This document shows, piece by piece, positions 1 through 12,500 of a DNA stretch of 48,713 nt. Position 1 is the first letter of the stretch, and each line of letters opens with the position of its first letter. The stretch spans positions 1 through 48,713 of the forward strand of contig UYFQ01000547.1 in NCBI GenBank assembly GCA_900617105.1, in the 5' to 3' direction. The DNA comes from Hydrurus foetidus. Taxonomy: Eukaryota. The notes under the pieces were generated by a model that ran no database searches, was not told the DNA's origin, and worked only from the letters and a program-made list of their open reading frames with translations. The translations under genes were made by a program, and so were the position numbers.

Positions 1-504
1 CACAAGTCTATTCCACCGATTCTTGCTTTCCTTGCCCACCGCTTGCACCAACCGTCCACCAACATTAGCTCCAACGTCCTAGGCCCCGCCCCAGACCACA
101 CCCCTACGCGACTACACACACGCTGGCAAGGCCCGATGGAGGTGATTTCCCATCGCGATTCGGAGTATGTACTCCTGAACATCGTCTCTAAGAAGACTAA
201 AAGAATCCACGCATCAAAGCTCAAGATCTTCCTATTCGATCGCGCCAGGATCGAACCCATGGACTCAGCCCGACGCGACTACATGGAGTTCTATATCGAG
301 GCGATCACAGCCCACAAAGACAACACCAGGAAAGTTTCCACATTGACCTTCCTCGTCAAGTGGCTTAATTATAGCGAGGAACACAACTCATGGGAGCCAT
401 GGAGTGCTCTGAGACTCACGGACCAGCTACACACATACCTCAAGAGCGCCGGACTGAAGGCGCTGGTTCCGCACAACCTGCGTGGCGAAGATATGCCGGT
501 GTGA
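1..504 (+). mobile_element. Ty3/Gypsy (chromovirus) LTR retrotransposon pol 3' end: integrase GPY/F region plus C-terminal chromodomain (5'-truncated by the window)
   Basis: The frame is open from base 1. It has the GPY/F-like 'RLHTRWQGPMEVI...EYVL' segment, then the chromodomain signature 'FYIEAITAHK...FLVKWLNYSEEHNSWEPW'. A polypurine tract and TG start lie downstream. Confidence 0.9.
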
Positions 505-780
505 GATTTTTCTCAAAATTTAGCCATTTTTTCACCCTACGTGGGTTTTACGGTTTCAGTCAGTGAAACCTGACATACTCACACCCGGTCAAGATCGCTG
601 CTGTCGGACGCACGGACACTCTCGGTCAGGACCTCGTCCCAAACTCTCTTTTAGTCTAGTTATTTGCATCATTTTTCACAAACTTGATGTATTTTTCTGC
701 ATTAATGTTAGTTCAATATTTTTTTATCCTTAGTTACAATTAAGTAGTCAAAAGAGAGAAGCGAGACTAAGGTCTTTTCG

Positions 781-797
781 AAAGGAGTAAGTGGGGG
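781..797 (+). other. Polypurine tract (PPT) of the retrotransposon
   Basis: AAAGGAGTAAGTGGGGG lies about 280 bp after the pol stop and 3 nt before TGTGAC at 801. Confidence 0.7.
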
Positions 798-800
798 TAA

Positions 801-1017
801 TGTGACGGTACAGGATTTAGTACCACATTCCTACCCTCCGTAGTACCGTATAGCCGTCCGTACACGTGGCTGAGAGTCCTTCTGACATCTCGCAGCTTGT
901 TAGTTACCTTGCAACGCTTCACATGCAGAGTTTTACACCTCTGCTAGCTCACCCACCACTCTTTCTCGTTGTAAGCCTAACTACCTTTCTGCCTCTTCCA
1001 GCTTCATTTGGACTACA
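801..1017 (+). repeat. Putative 3' LTR (right boundary uncertain)
   Basis: It starts with TGT just after the PPT. Candidate ends are ...GACTACA at 1017 or ...TCACA at 922. The 5' LTR is not in the window, so the boundary cannot be confirmed. Confidence 0.5.
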
Positions 1018-1062
1018 TTGGTACGTACGGATCATTCCGAGGTGCGGTCCGTTCCGTTCCCA

Positions 1063-1832
1063 GGACCGTTTGCACGATCAGGTCCGCCATTCCTGCATAA
1101 AATTTTCCCACCGATCCGTGATTTTGGCGGTCGAGCTTTCTCTACGAATGTCGCTCCGAAGCCACTGGAAACTACGGGAATCTGTCAGCCTTCGTATGGA
1201 CTTCAGAAGTTATATCATCTTTTTTCAAAATTTGAAACTTTTTTTTTGATGTTTGAATTAAAATGCTGACTAGACATGGTAGCACTCCATGCCAACCAAA
1301 ACCAAGATATAACTTCTGTTCCTCTGTAAATTCTGATGAAGATTGATATGGCGGTCTTCCTTTGAGACGCTGTAGCTTGCAAGAAAACTCGACCGGCGAA
1401 ATCACTATCCCGCAGGTGAGACAGAGCAGACGGCCAAAGAAGAAACAGAGGATGGTTGCATCTCCTGAAGTTGTTGGAATCCAACGTTTCGACGATGTCA
1501 ACGATAATGTATCGTATTCAGCGGATCGAATGGAGTTGGTTGAAGAGGAGGAAGAGGAGGAAATTTTCAAGGACGACAGCGTTGCGCAAAAATAGGTTAG
1601 GAGAGCTGTGAAGCGGGCGTTGAATGACGCACCTAGTAAATCAATTCTATCAGAAATAACGCTGGATGTCGGGCGCTCAGCAATACCGCGCTTGTGGATT
1701 TCTTGTATAAATGGCAGATAGCGATTGTTGGAAGCTTTGATTGATCATTACAGGTGAGGGAACGTACTACTGTGTATGCGTTGTACGTTAGCCGTGGGAA
1801 AATATTGGCGGACCTGATCGTGCAAACGGTCC
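1063..1832. mobile_element. Non-autonomous DNA transposon with 27-bp perfect terminal inverted repeats
   Basis: GGACCGTTTGCACGATCAGGTCCGCCA at 1063-1089 has its exact reverse complement at 1806-1832. A subterminal TTTTCCCAC / GTGGGAAAA pair also matches. CA flanks both sides. Confidence 0.85.
1263..1757 (+). pseudogene. Decayed ORF inside the TIR element (basic NLS-like RRPKKKQR plus acidic run)
   Basis: ATG at 1263 is in frame with ORF 1362-1595. The frame stays protein-like through three in-frame stops. No DDE motif is recognisable. Confidence 0.4.
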
Positions 1833-2162
1833 CAGTTCTGGGTTCTGAATCCTAGATTCTGGGTTTTTAGGATTCTGGGTTCGGTCTGATGAATTTTTCG
1901 GAGGAAAAGGAAAAGTCTCTCAAGAATAATAATTTATAATTTGAAAAGAAATCTCTTGTCGCATCAGTTATCGAGGTCAAACTCATCTGATCACGTCAAT
2001 CTCATCAAAATTGCGTGTGGCTCGACCCGGTGAGATATCATTCGCAGCGAAAAAGCAGTTGATCGTGGAAATTTTAGGGACTCCTGCAGCTGCAAAAAGT
2101 AGAAATATTCGGGAAATATTTTCGAAGTTTCACAGATACGCACACTTAGTCACAAAAGAGGG

Positions 2163-5100
2163 ATGGTAACTTTTGGAATTCTTCTGACTGCGGGCGTGCT
2201 TGTCAATACAGCAAGTGGATCAGTTGTATCCGCAAATGATGGCAACAACTATTTATCTCCAGCACTGGAGCAGATGAAGCACGAAGTTACACACCACAAT
2301 CAGGTGGGCTATAATGACAGCTGATAGATCCTTCAGAATATTGCATCAACAAGTATATAGAATTATTTACTGTAGATCAGCTACCAGATAGATATTTTGG
2401 GCTGTCGCTAGGATGTTCTTAGAGAGTCGTTTACTGTTTGACTAAAGAAAGCACTCATGGGAAATATTGCTTCTGTTGGATGTTCTCGCTGAGCTAAATA
2501 GCAATTGTAGATTATTACCTAGAAAGCAGTTACTGAGTGATTCTGACAGCATCTTGAGATTGTCACTCCTCCTACATTAAGAATATTCTATGCTGGTGTA
2601 CTTCATGAAGAATGTTCTTTGCTGATGTTGAAATGACACGTGCTGGTAGCTCTACTGAAATGTCACTAAAAATAACATCAGAATAATTGTATAGAATCGT
2701 TAGGAATCAGCACAATATAACCAGACACTTTGCTACCGTGACAACCAACAGATTATAACACTTAAATTAACATGCAAAATTTTATCAAATCGTAATCTGA
2801 CTGCCCGTGCGACACTACTGTATACATCTACGCCATGTTAACAGATCCTATGTTATATTCTCATCTATGCTAGTGTCACTGACAGTAGATTGATTTAGAA
2901 CTGTTCTACAGAAGATAGAACTTTACTTAACTGCATTAGTCTCTACGGTAGAGCATGTGTAAGTAGACGTTGCTAATCGTACAATATACATGTGATTACG
3001 GTGCATATTATCGGCAATAGCGCGTAACACACGTTTCTAGCTTCGCCACACACACCTGAGTCACATTCTCTGGGAATAAAAGATGTGCAGAAGTCTTTAA
3101 TATCTATGCAATGATTATGTGAAACACTGACGAGTGTAGTAACTTTTACTCGATTATGCGCGCGATGTATTTGAAAACATCTTAACACAGTGTGAATTCA
3201 CATGATATTGTTTAGTGTAAATGTTGTTCATCTTTTTATATGTGCCTTTGTTCTCATGACATGGTGTAACTCAATATGGTGTAGCGATTGTTTTTATTCA
3301 CAAATAAGTCGCTCCTCAAAAACTGGCACGAAACTGTCCTGCCATTTCATTTTCATTCGGCAGCAGTCATCAGTCAGTGGAGGAGTTATTTCTCACGTGT
3401 ACTTTTAGTGCAGTATTGTTTGATAGTTTTATTTGATTTTCAACTTAACTCATTTGATTTTGATCTCGTTTTCTTTCATTTCATTTTTTTTTCTTTTCTT
3501 CTTATTTTTCATTTGATACTTTTTTTATTAACTCTCCGCTTGCGCTTATACTCTTATACTTTTGAAGATAAAACATGGCGATGACATGACCGATAAATTT
3601 GACACGAGGAAAATCATGTTGTTGAGGCAAAATAAAGTAATGGCAACACCAGCTAATTTCGGAACCAACAGCAAATATACGGTAACGTCAACAATTTCAC
3701 TAAAATTTCATTTACGCCTGTAACCATCAATATTTTTTTGTCACCTACAACTGAAAATATTGTTTAAGTCTCTCTTGTGTCTGACAAAATTGCACGTACG
3801 ATAATTTACACATACTTACAGCGCGTACGTACAAAACAAGAAAGAAGAGCCTTAGGGGAAGATATGAATTTACCTGTACCCGTGTCCGTACATGAACTCG
3901 GACAGCATACGTTACGCACCCATGAATTCGAACGGATCTTGGACCCAGAGATTCCAGCGAAGAGTGGAACAGGTGAGTTGAGTGTCAGATGTATGTGCTG
4001 AGGTCTGTTGGTCTTTTATTGCGTACTCTCTTTATTTATTTCTTACCGTTGAACAATCTCATTCACTAATTTGCTGACACACACACACACTCACTCACTC
4101 ACACACACACACACACTCATTCATTCACTCACTCACTTTCTCACCCACACACTCACTTCCTCAATTTCTCTGTCCTTCGCTCGTCAGTTGACAATGCACT
4201 CCTCTCTCCCCCCCTCCTCCGTCCACACACACACACACATCCGCATAACTCTCTTTTCTAATTATGTACCCCAATAACCCCAACCCTCATCACAGCCCCA
4301 CCCGAAATGACCCCACTTTACCCGGGATACGGTACCCATTTCTCGTACGTGTATGTGGGCACACCAGCGCAGAGGCAGTCAGTTATTATTGATACTGGTA
4401 AGCTGTTTTCTTAGGTGGATATATGTGTACATTCAGACATGGATGTATGTACATGTGTCTGTTTCTACGTTTGTGTGTATGTACGAATGCGTCTACATGT
4501 ATATACATGCATGTACGTATATATGTACGTATCTTTGTATGTATTCTTTTTTTGGTGTGCGCATGTACATCCACATGTACAAAAATACGTCCTTAAATTT
4601 CTATATTGTTTACTGAACACGATTTTTTTCATGTATCTGATTCGGCACACGAAATACATGCACAGTACTCACAACAAAAAAAGACTTACTATTACAAAGA
4701 ACGAAATTCGCTAATATTTTACCTGTGAAATTCACGAAATTCCCCTTATTTCGGTGTGTAGGAAGTCACTACACAGCATTTCCGTGTGTTGGTTGTTCTC
4801 AGTGCGGATCGCACACGGATCAATATTGGGACATAAAGGTACACACTACTTATTGATTCTCACTTTCCATGATTTATATGATGATTTTATCGGATGTTTT
4901 TCCGTTTTTTTATTGCAGAAATGTCATCCGGTAGTCTGAATGTCATCAATTTCTTTTTTCTCTGTAAAAGCATCATCATTTCCTTATCTTACCTTATCTT
5001 ATCTTATCCTATCCTATCTATTGCTCTCTATTCTATTTTTTCCTGCTCTAGTCATAGAAATTCAAATCTAATACGCAAATATCTCTCCCCTCTCTTCTCC

Positions 5101-6497
5101 CATTACCCACTCTCCCCTCTCCCTCGTCTCTCCTCTTCCCCTCCTCCGTATTTAAATGCATTCTCTCCTTTTCCCCCTCTTTTCTCTCGCCTCTCCCCTC
5201 TCTTCTCTCCCGACTACACCCCCTTCACCCTCCTCTTCTCTCCTCCTCTTCTCCCCCTCCTCCATACTTCAATTCACTCCCTCCCTTTCTCACCCTTCTC
5301 TCCCTATTCCTAATTCCTGTAGAACAGCTCCACTGCATTTGTACCGAAATGCGCCGGAACCCCCTGTTTAATATCTCAGAGTTACAGCGAAGGTGTTATA
5401 CGATTATTGAAGCATATCCGTAATTAAGTAGTTGAATTGGTGTTATAACTTTTTTTAGATGCTGATACAACTGTTAGATGCTGATTTTACATAAAGCAAT
5501 ATCGTACTATAAAATGCTTCAATGCAACGCAATGCACCGCATCACATAATAAAACATATCTTGACATCATGTCTCATTGAATGGTAATTCTCGATACAGC
5601 TAACAGAATAAATCAGAATATTGTTGGTTTAAAATCCCCACCCTCCCTTCCTCATACACCATTTCGTTCATTGTATATATATATTTTTGAGAATTAGAAT
5701 TGTTGTATCCAAGTTGATGATGATATTTCACGCGCAATGACGCATGTTGCACACAATTCTTAACATCACAGGTAGTAGTTGGAAGGCAATGAAAGTTTTG
5801 GACAAACTGTGGGTGGGCGGCCTATATCCGACAACAGTCACAAAGGCGATGACCTATACAATTGACTTCATGTTCGGCTGTCAAACATCAGAAACAGGTG
5901 AGATGGGAAGGGAGGGGGGAGAAGGAGAGGAAGGGAGGGAAGGAAGGGGGGAAAGAATGAGGAAAGGAGGGATAGAAGGAAGAAACAAAGGGAGTGAAGA
6001 AGATAGGAAAGAAGAAAGGGAGGAAATTGAGATGGACGTGAAGGAGGAGAGGGAGGGAAGACGAAATAGACCTGATTTCCTACTCTTTTTCTCTTCAATC
6101 CATCCCTATTTCTCTCGAGCTTTTCTTTTTATTCATGACACCACACTGCATCACCACACCACACCACACCACAGATTATTGCAATGCAATCACACGAACG
6201 CATCCGCGCACAGACACATAGACAATAGAGACGGTCACAACCCATACTATGTTGCACCACATTGTACCACACTGTCTCTCCTCTTCTCACGCCTCCTCAC
6301 ACTTTTTCACACTGACCCATATCGCACTTAACCCTAACACTTTCTAACGCTCTGCACTTTACACACACAGGTCTATTTCGCACCCAGCTAGCCGACGGCA
6401 TAATGGGAATGAGCATGGCTGACGATACACTGCCCAGGCAACTGGCCAAACAAGGTCAGTTAGTAAGTGAGAGAATGAATGACTTCTCCCTTCCTTC

Positions 6498-6535
<38 letters not shown>

Positions 6536-9500
6536 CTCTTTTTGGCTTCCTTGATCCGTCATCATCAAGTCAGCCACTCCTTTTTGAGTGCTTTTCCCCC
6601 ATTCTCAGTTACATTTTCACAGTTCTTACTTTCAATCTTTCCTGCACTCCTTCACCACACCAGTTAATCTTATCCGTCCTTTCAGTCTTTCATACTCATG
6701 TTTTACTTCTTCCCTCTCCTCTCACCCTCCCTCGCTCCCCCCTTCCCCTTCTCCTCATCATCTCAGGCGTAACAAAAACCACTGCCTTTGCTCTCTGCTT
6801 TCGAGTTGGTGGAGGCATCATGACACTAGGGGGAGTAGATCAAACAATTCACTCCCGACCAGGCATACAATACGTCAAAATGAAGGAAATGAACAATTGG
6901 TTCCAGGTAATCATGAAGGGTAGATTCATTTAAGTAATCGTGTAGATCATTTCCAAGGGTAACTAGTAGAGAGTTTGCAAGTTTCGAAAGTGTGTCTGTA
7001 ATTGTCAATCCATTTATCATTATTTAGATCTACTTCGTGATTCCTTGTGACTGGTTATCACATTATTCTCTCCCCTTTTCTTTCTTTCTCTCCCCCCCAC
7101 CCCACCCCTTTCACTCCTCTCCTTCTTCTTCCCTCCATACCATTCCACTGCTCCCCAATATCTCCATCGTATCTCATCACCCTTACACTTCTCTCTCATA
7201 ATTTCTCATACCACTTTTTATCACACTGACATTCCCCTCTTATTCTCTCTTCCCTTCTTTTCTCTTTTCTCCCCTTCTCACTTTATTACACTTTGCAGGT
7301 CAATTTGCTAGACATTTCTCTCATCGACCAGAAGAACCCAAATCTTGTAGGAGGAAGTAACGCAAAGTCGATGCTTTTTCCAGCAAAGAAATACAGCGGT
7401 AAACATTGATGAATGTTGTTGCAATCCACAGCACAGCACAGTAGTGCACAGTAGTACATTTTATGATCTCACTTGTGATCACAACAAATTCGCCTTTTTG
7501 ACAGAAGACGAATTTACAACAAACGAAGCACAACATAAACAACTCACACAATTGAATTCAATAGCGTCATCTTACACCTCGTGTGATATTCTCATACACC
7601 ACAAGCGCACCCTTGTCTATCCTGATACCACACCCCCTCCTCTCCTCCTCTACTCTTTGCCCACCTTCAATAACTTCTCATCTCCTTTCATCACAATACC
7701 GTCATTTTCTCATTTTGAAGTGATAAACCTGTTTCCCTACTTCATACTTTCCTATCTTACCTCTCACTCACTTTCTCTCTTTCTTTCTATCTCCCTTTCT
7801 TTCTTTCTTTTTTAATATTTAAATGTAGAGGGAAAAGGTTGCATTGTGGATTCAGGCACGACGGACACGTATCTTCCTTCCGCTCTGCTCGAACAATTTA
7901 GTACCGCATTCAAGGTTAGCATTAAGATGATCGGATACTGAGTAAACCGATCTCACGAAATTGATTTCACTAGTGATTCATTTTAGTACAGAATACTCTT
8001 AGTTTCACCTCTCTGATGCTTTCGTGCTCTTTCTGTCTGGTTATGCTGATGTTTTGGTGAGGGTGATGATGCGAAGAATTCCCAACCGTAAATGACTAAC
8101 ACTTCTGCATTCTGTCTTACTGAGCTATACGATCTTGTCATACTGAATTTGTTGATGATTTATTACGACATTGAATTGAATCCGTTTCTGTTCTTTACAA
8201 ATACGGAGTTTACCTGTTTTCTTCGTAATTAGGTATTTCTGCATTTTTGTTCCATTTTAATCCTTTGTTTACATTGTCTTCTTATTTCACCTTGTGTTGT
8301 CTTGTCTTGTCGTGTCTTGTCATGACACTTCATTTAATATCATCTCACGATATGTTTTTTTTTGCCATCGTCTCCTTTCCCTTTATTTCACTACTGCTTC
8401 TCAAGACCCTCTTTTCTATTTTCTCAACCTCCTTCTATCAAACAAATACTCCCGGTACATTACACAGGAAATTTCCGGTATAAAATGGAATTCCGGTAAC
8501 ATCGCTTTGACCGCTGAAGAATTGGCAAAGATTCCAAACATTGTTTTTACTTTTGAGGTACGTACGTACTTTAAAGCGCACGTACTTGTGAATTCTCTAT
8601 CAAATAAATATTTATTTTCTTGCTTCACCGACACCGTACTGTGTGTCACTTTTCACTCCTTATCCAGTACTCTTCTTTTTCTTCTTTTTCTTCTTTTTCT
8701 TTTTCCCCCTCCCTCCCCTTATTTCGCACTCTTTTCTCGTGTCTTTTTCCATTCTTATTTTCCGCCTTACTTTCTTGACAGGGTATTGATGGGGAGCCTT
8801 TGAAAATTGTCATGCCTTGGACAAATGTGAGTGACGCAGTGCATTTTCTTATCACAATACTATTTCAAGTCCTTCCAGTTTCTGTTTATTATTTCTTTGA
8901 TCTGTTTTTCTTCTTCTTCTCTTTCTTCTCCTTCTTCTTCTTATTATTTTTCTGCATTTATCACATACGTATCATTCCCGTGATTTCTCTTCTTTCGGTA
9001 CTTCTAGCAATGTCAGTTTATGCGATACGCGACTGTCTCGCTCGTAATTGACTACGATATTGAAATGTCTCCGAACAGACTGATTTCTCATATACACTGA
9101 CTGATTAACTGACTGAACGACAGACTGACTGACTGACTGACTGACTGACCCCACTTCTCACACTCTCTCTCACCTCCTCACTCACTCACACTCCCCCACA
9201 CTACCTCTTTCTCTCAAGTACGTGGACAGTGTTGGAGGAGGCAAGTACGCATTCAGAATTTATCTCACGGAAGGTTCTGGAACGATTTTGGGGGCCAACT
9301 TTATGGTCGGAATGAATGTCATCTTTGACGAAGGTACGTAGAGGAGTGGAGAGTGGTGTGGTGTGGTGTGGTGGAGGGGAGGGGGTTGCACTGGAGAAGA
9401 GGGGAGTGTAGGGGAGGGGAGAGGTAGAGTGTGGTGTGGTGTAATAAAGTGGAGTGTGGCGGTGTGGAGAGAAGGGGAGTGCAGTGGTGTGTGATGCGAT

Positions 9501-12500
9501 GTGATGTGATGTGATATAGACCATGTTACAATACAATTAAATGGGATGTAATGTGACGTGATGTGATGTGATGGGATGGGATGTGGTGGAACGTAATGTA
9601 ATCTGATGAGATGTGATGCAATGTGATGTAATGCATTGCTTGACAGTATTTTTTCAACAGCTACGGAGGATCGGTTTTTGAATTTACCTTTTATTCCGCA
9701 TTTCCCTAGTAACTTATTCTCACTCCACTTCCTTTCTTTTTCCCGTCCTTCTTTCGCTCCTTCCCCCTTCCTCCCCCGTTCATTGTAATTTTCTGCATGA
9801 ATTCAGAGGGCAAACAAGTGGGATTCGCCAAGTCATCATGTAAGTACGAAGAGTTCGAGGAGGTGCGTACGTTCCCTCCTTCCGCTGCCCCAGTCCTGGC
9901 TACGGATGGTGACGACAAGGAACCGAAGTGAGTAAAACCGTGATTTTAAATACGTGTCCTGAAATCCGTGTTTTCCAATCCGTCACAAAGATGAACAATG
10001 TTTTTGTAAGCTACTACAGTGTGTTGGAATAAAATCCACTAATTTCACGGAAATCTGTCAATTTCTTTGACCGTGCACTTGTTATATGACTCCTATTCTG
10101 TACTCGTACTAGCGCATCGAACCACTTCCACACCCTTCCACTTCTTCTTTTACTTTTTTCGCTCCCCGTAAAAATATTTACAATCCTCTTTCCTCATTGA
10201 TTTCTCTTTCCCCATTATCTCTGTCTTTTCTCTAAATACTTCCCACCCTCCTTTTCCACTCTCACAGCCTTCCTTCACCCTTTCCTATTTCTGGTTCTAT
10301 TCTTATTCCTGCATCCTTCCTCCATCTTTTCCTCCTTTCCACCCTCCATCCCTCCATCCATCCATCCATCCTCCCTCTCCATCCTCATCCTCTCTCCCTC
10401 CACCTCCCCCCTCACCGTCCCACACACTCTCTCCAACAGAATCGTTAGAACTTGTCCTGAACTGATCCCCATCACAGAGTGTTCAGCTGTGTGCGAGACT
10501 CAGACAGAAGGCTACTACTCCCCAGGCATCCAGAAGTTTAAAGACGGGTGCGGCACCACTCTAGAGAATGACGGAGCAGTTGCCTGCAAAGGTACGTGCG
10601 CATACGTACATGCGTACACACACATATGTACATGAATAAGTGCCACACAACCCGAACCCTGAATCAGAAATCAGTTGTACATCAATCGAGAAATCTCGCA
10701 TCATCCTACTGACATATTTCCTCCCTCCCTCTTACCCTCCCTCCTTCCCTCCCTACCTTTCCTTCTATTTATTTGTAAAACAGTGCCGTGTGTTGGCATG
10801 AAAATCGTACGGGGAGATCCGCAGTGTCCGGACAGACCTTGGACCGAATGCGACAAATCGTGCATGCAGAGCAGAATGAGAATGGTCAAGAGAGAAGGAG
10901 CCGAGAATGTTCCGATGGTGGCAGGAGGTACGTCTGAGTGGGGGTTGGGAGAGGGGAGGGGTGTGCGTTTGGAGTGAGGGAGAGACAGTGTGTGTGTGTG
11001 TGTGTTGGGGAGAAAGGGGTGTTTGTGTGTGAGAGGGAGAGAGTGTGTCGGAGTGAGTATGTATGGGGTGTGTGTGTGTGAGCGTTCGCGAGAGGGTGAG
11101 TGTGAGTGTGGGTGGGTTGATGGGGGGATGTGTGTGAGTGTATGCCTCTTTGTCTGCATGTCTGACTGATTTTGTGTCGTTCTTTGCCACTCGTTATCCG
11201 CATTTGAATCTTCCGTCTTTCACCATTTTTCACGTACTATAAAGTTTCGCCTCCTTTTTCGCTTTTCATTTCTACTCTTCACTCCTCACTACTTCCCTTT
11301 TTCATTTTTACTTTTCTTTTTTTCTTTTTTTTTCTTTTTATCAGATAAATGTGTACAAACTAAGGATACTCGCAACTGTTATAATTCTCTCTGCCCCGCA
11401 AAGGATGGAGACTATCTCATATTTATCGATCTCAGGTACGTACGCACGTATGTATGTACTTGTGTGTGTGGATGTGGATGCGTGATTGTATGTGTGAGTG
11501 TCACTATGTATGTATGTATGTATGTACAGACGTACGTGCGTGTCTTCGGCATGTCTCAGTTGATTTACTTATTGATACTATCAGTTCTATTCGTATTGGT
11601 TGCGTTGTCTGTTGAAATTTTTATTCTGCTTCAGTAGTAATCAAAACACTTCAATTACTGTTGCACTATTATTTCACTCTTTTAGGGTATTAATCGCGCC
11701 AAGTAGATGGAGCTATGTATTTTCAGAAGCTTTTTATGGTGCTTTATCTTTAATGTTTCAGGTGATGTAACAAACACCTTACTCTCCATTTTGAGAAATA
11801 GAAGAAAGAGCGAAGTGTAGACATCAGTACTATTTTCTGTTTTCGTATATAGTATGCTCTATTTCATTATTATTGTCGGTGCTATTTTGATCGGAAGTCA
11901 CTGAAACTATACGCACCAAGAATCAATGTAACGTATCGTATCACGCGCTGCTATCATTATGTCTTCAGAACAAAAAGTTCTCAGGTCATAAAAGATAATC
12001 CATTATTCTGAACAAGATTTCTGATTTTATATCCCTAATTTTGATGCCATTTAAGATTAAAGAGTCCGCTATCGAGCTGTTGAACGATGCCGGTAACGAA
12101 TATTCGAAAGGAGTGAAACTTCATTTTTCACTGAGGATAAAAGCTAAAGGTGATTCCTACGGATATTCATTGGAATTAAAGCCTTTTTTTTGTTGAAATT
12201 CATGCCATTATCTTTGTTTCTATTATCATTATCATTGTTATCATATTGTTACTGTTTTTATTGCGACCAAAATAATACTATTATTATTACTGTCTTTCAT
12301 ACTGCCATCATGATTTTGTGAACATTATCATTATTGTTACTGTTCTTGATGTTATATTGTAGTTGTCATGATCAAGTGGCAAGAGGATCACAATGCACAA
12401 TTGCAATACACAATTTACTCTCCCTCCTCCCTCCTCCCCTCCCTCCTTCCTCCCCCTCCTTCATTCCCCTCCATACACTCCAAACTACTGCTCAGTCCCG

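Noticed and set aside
1263..1757. Stop-codon reassignment suggested by in-frame stops
   Set aside because: The stops are mixed TGA/TAG within a decayed transposon, and host genes read normally in the standard code.
1835..1884. Telomere-like GGGTTTTTAGG sequence
   Set aside because: Only one degenerate unit, not a tandem TTAGGG/TTTAGGG array.
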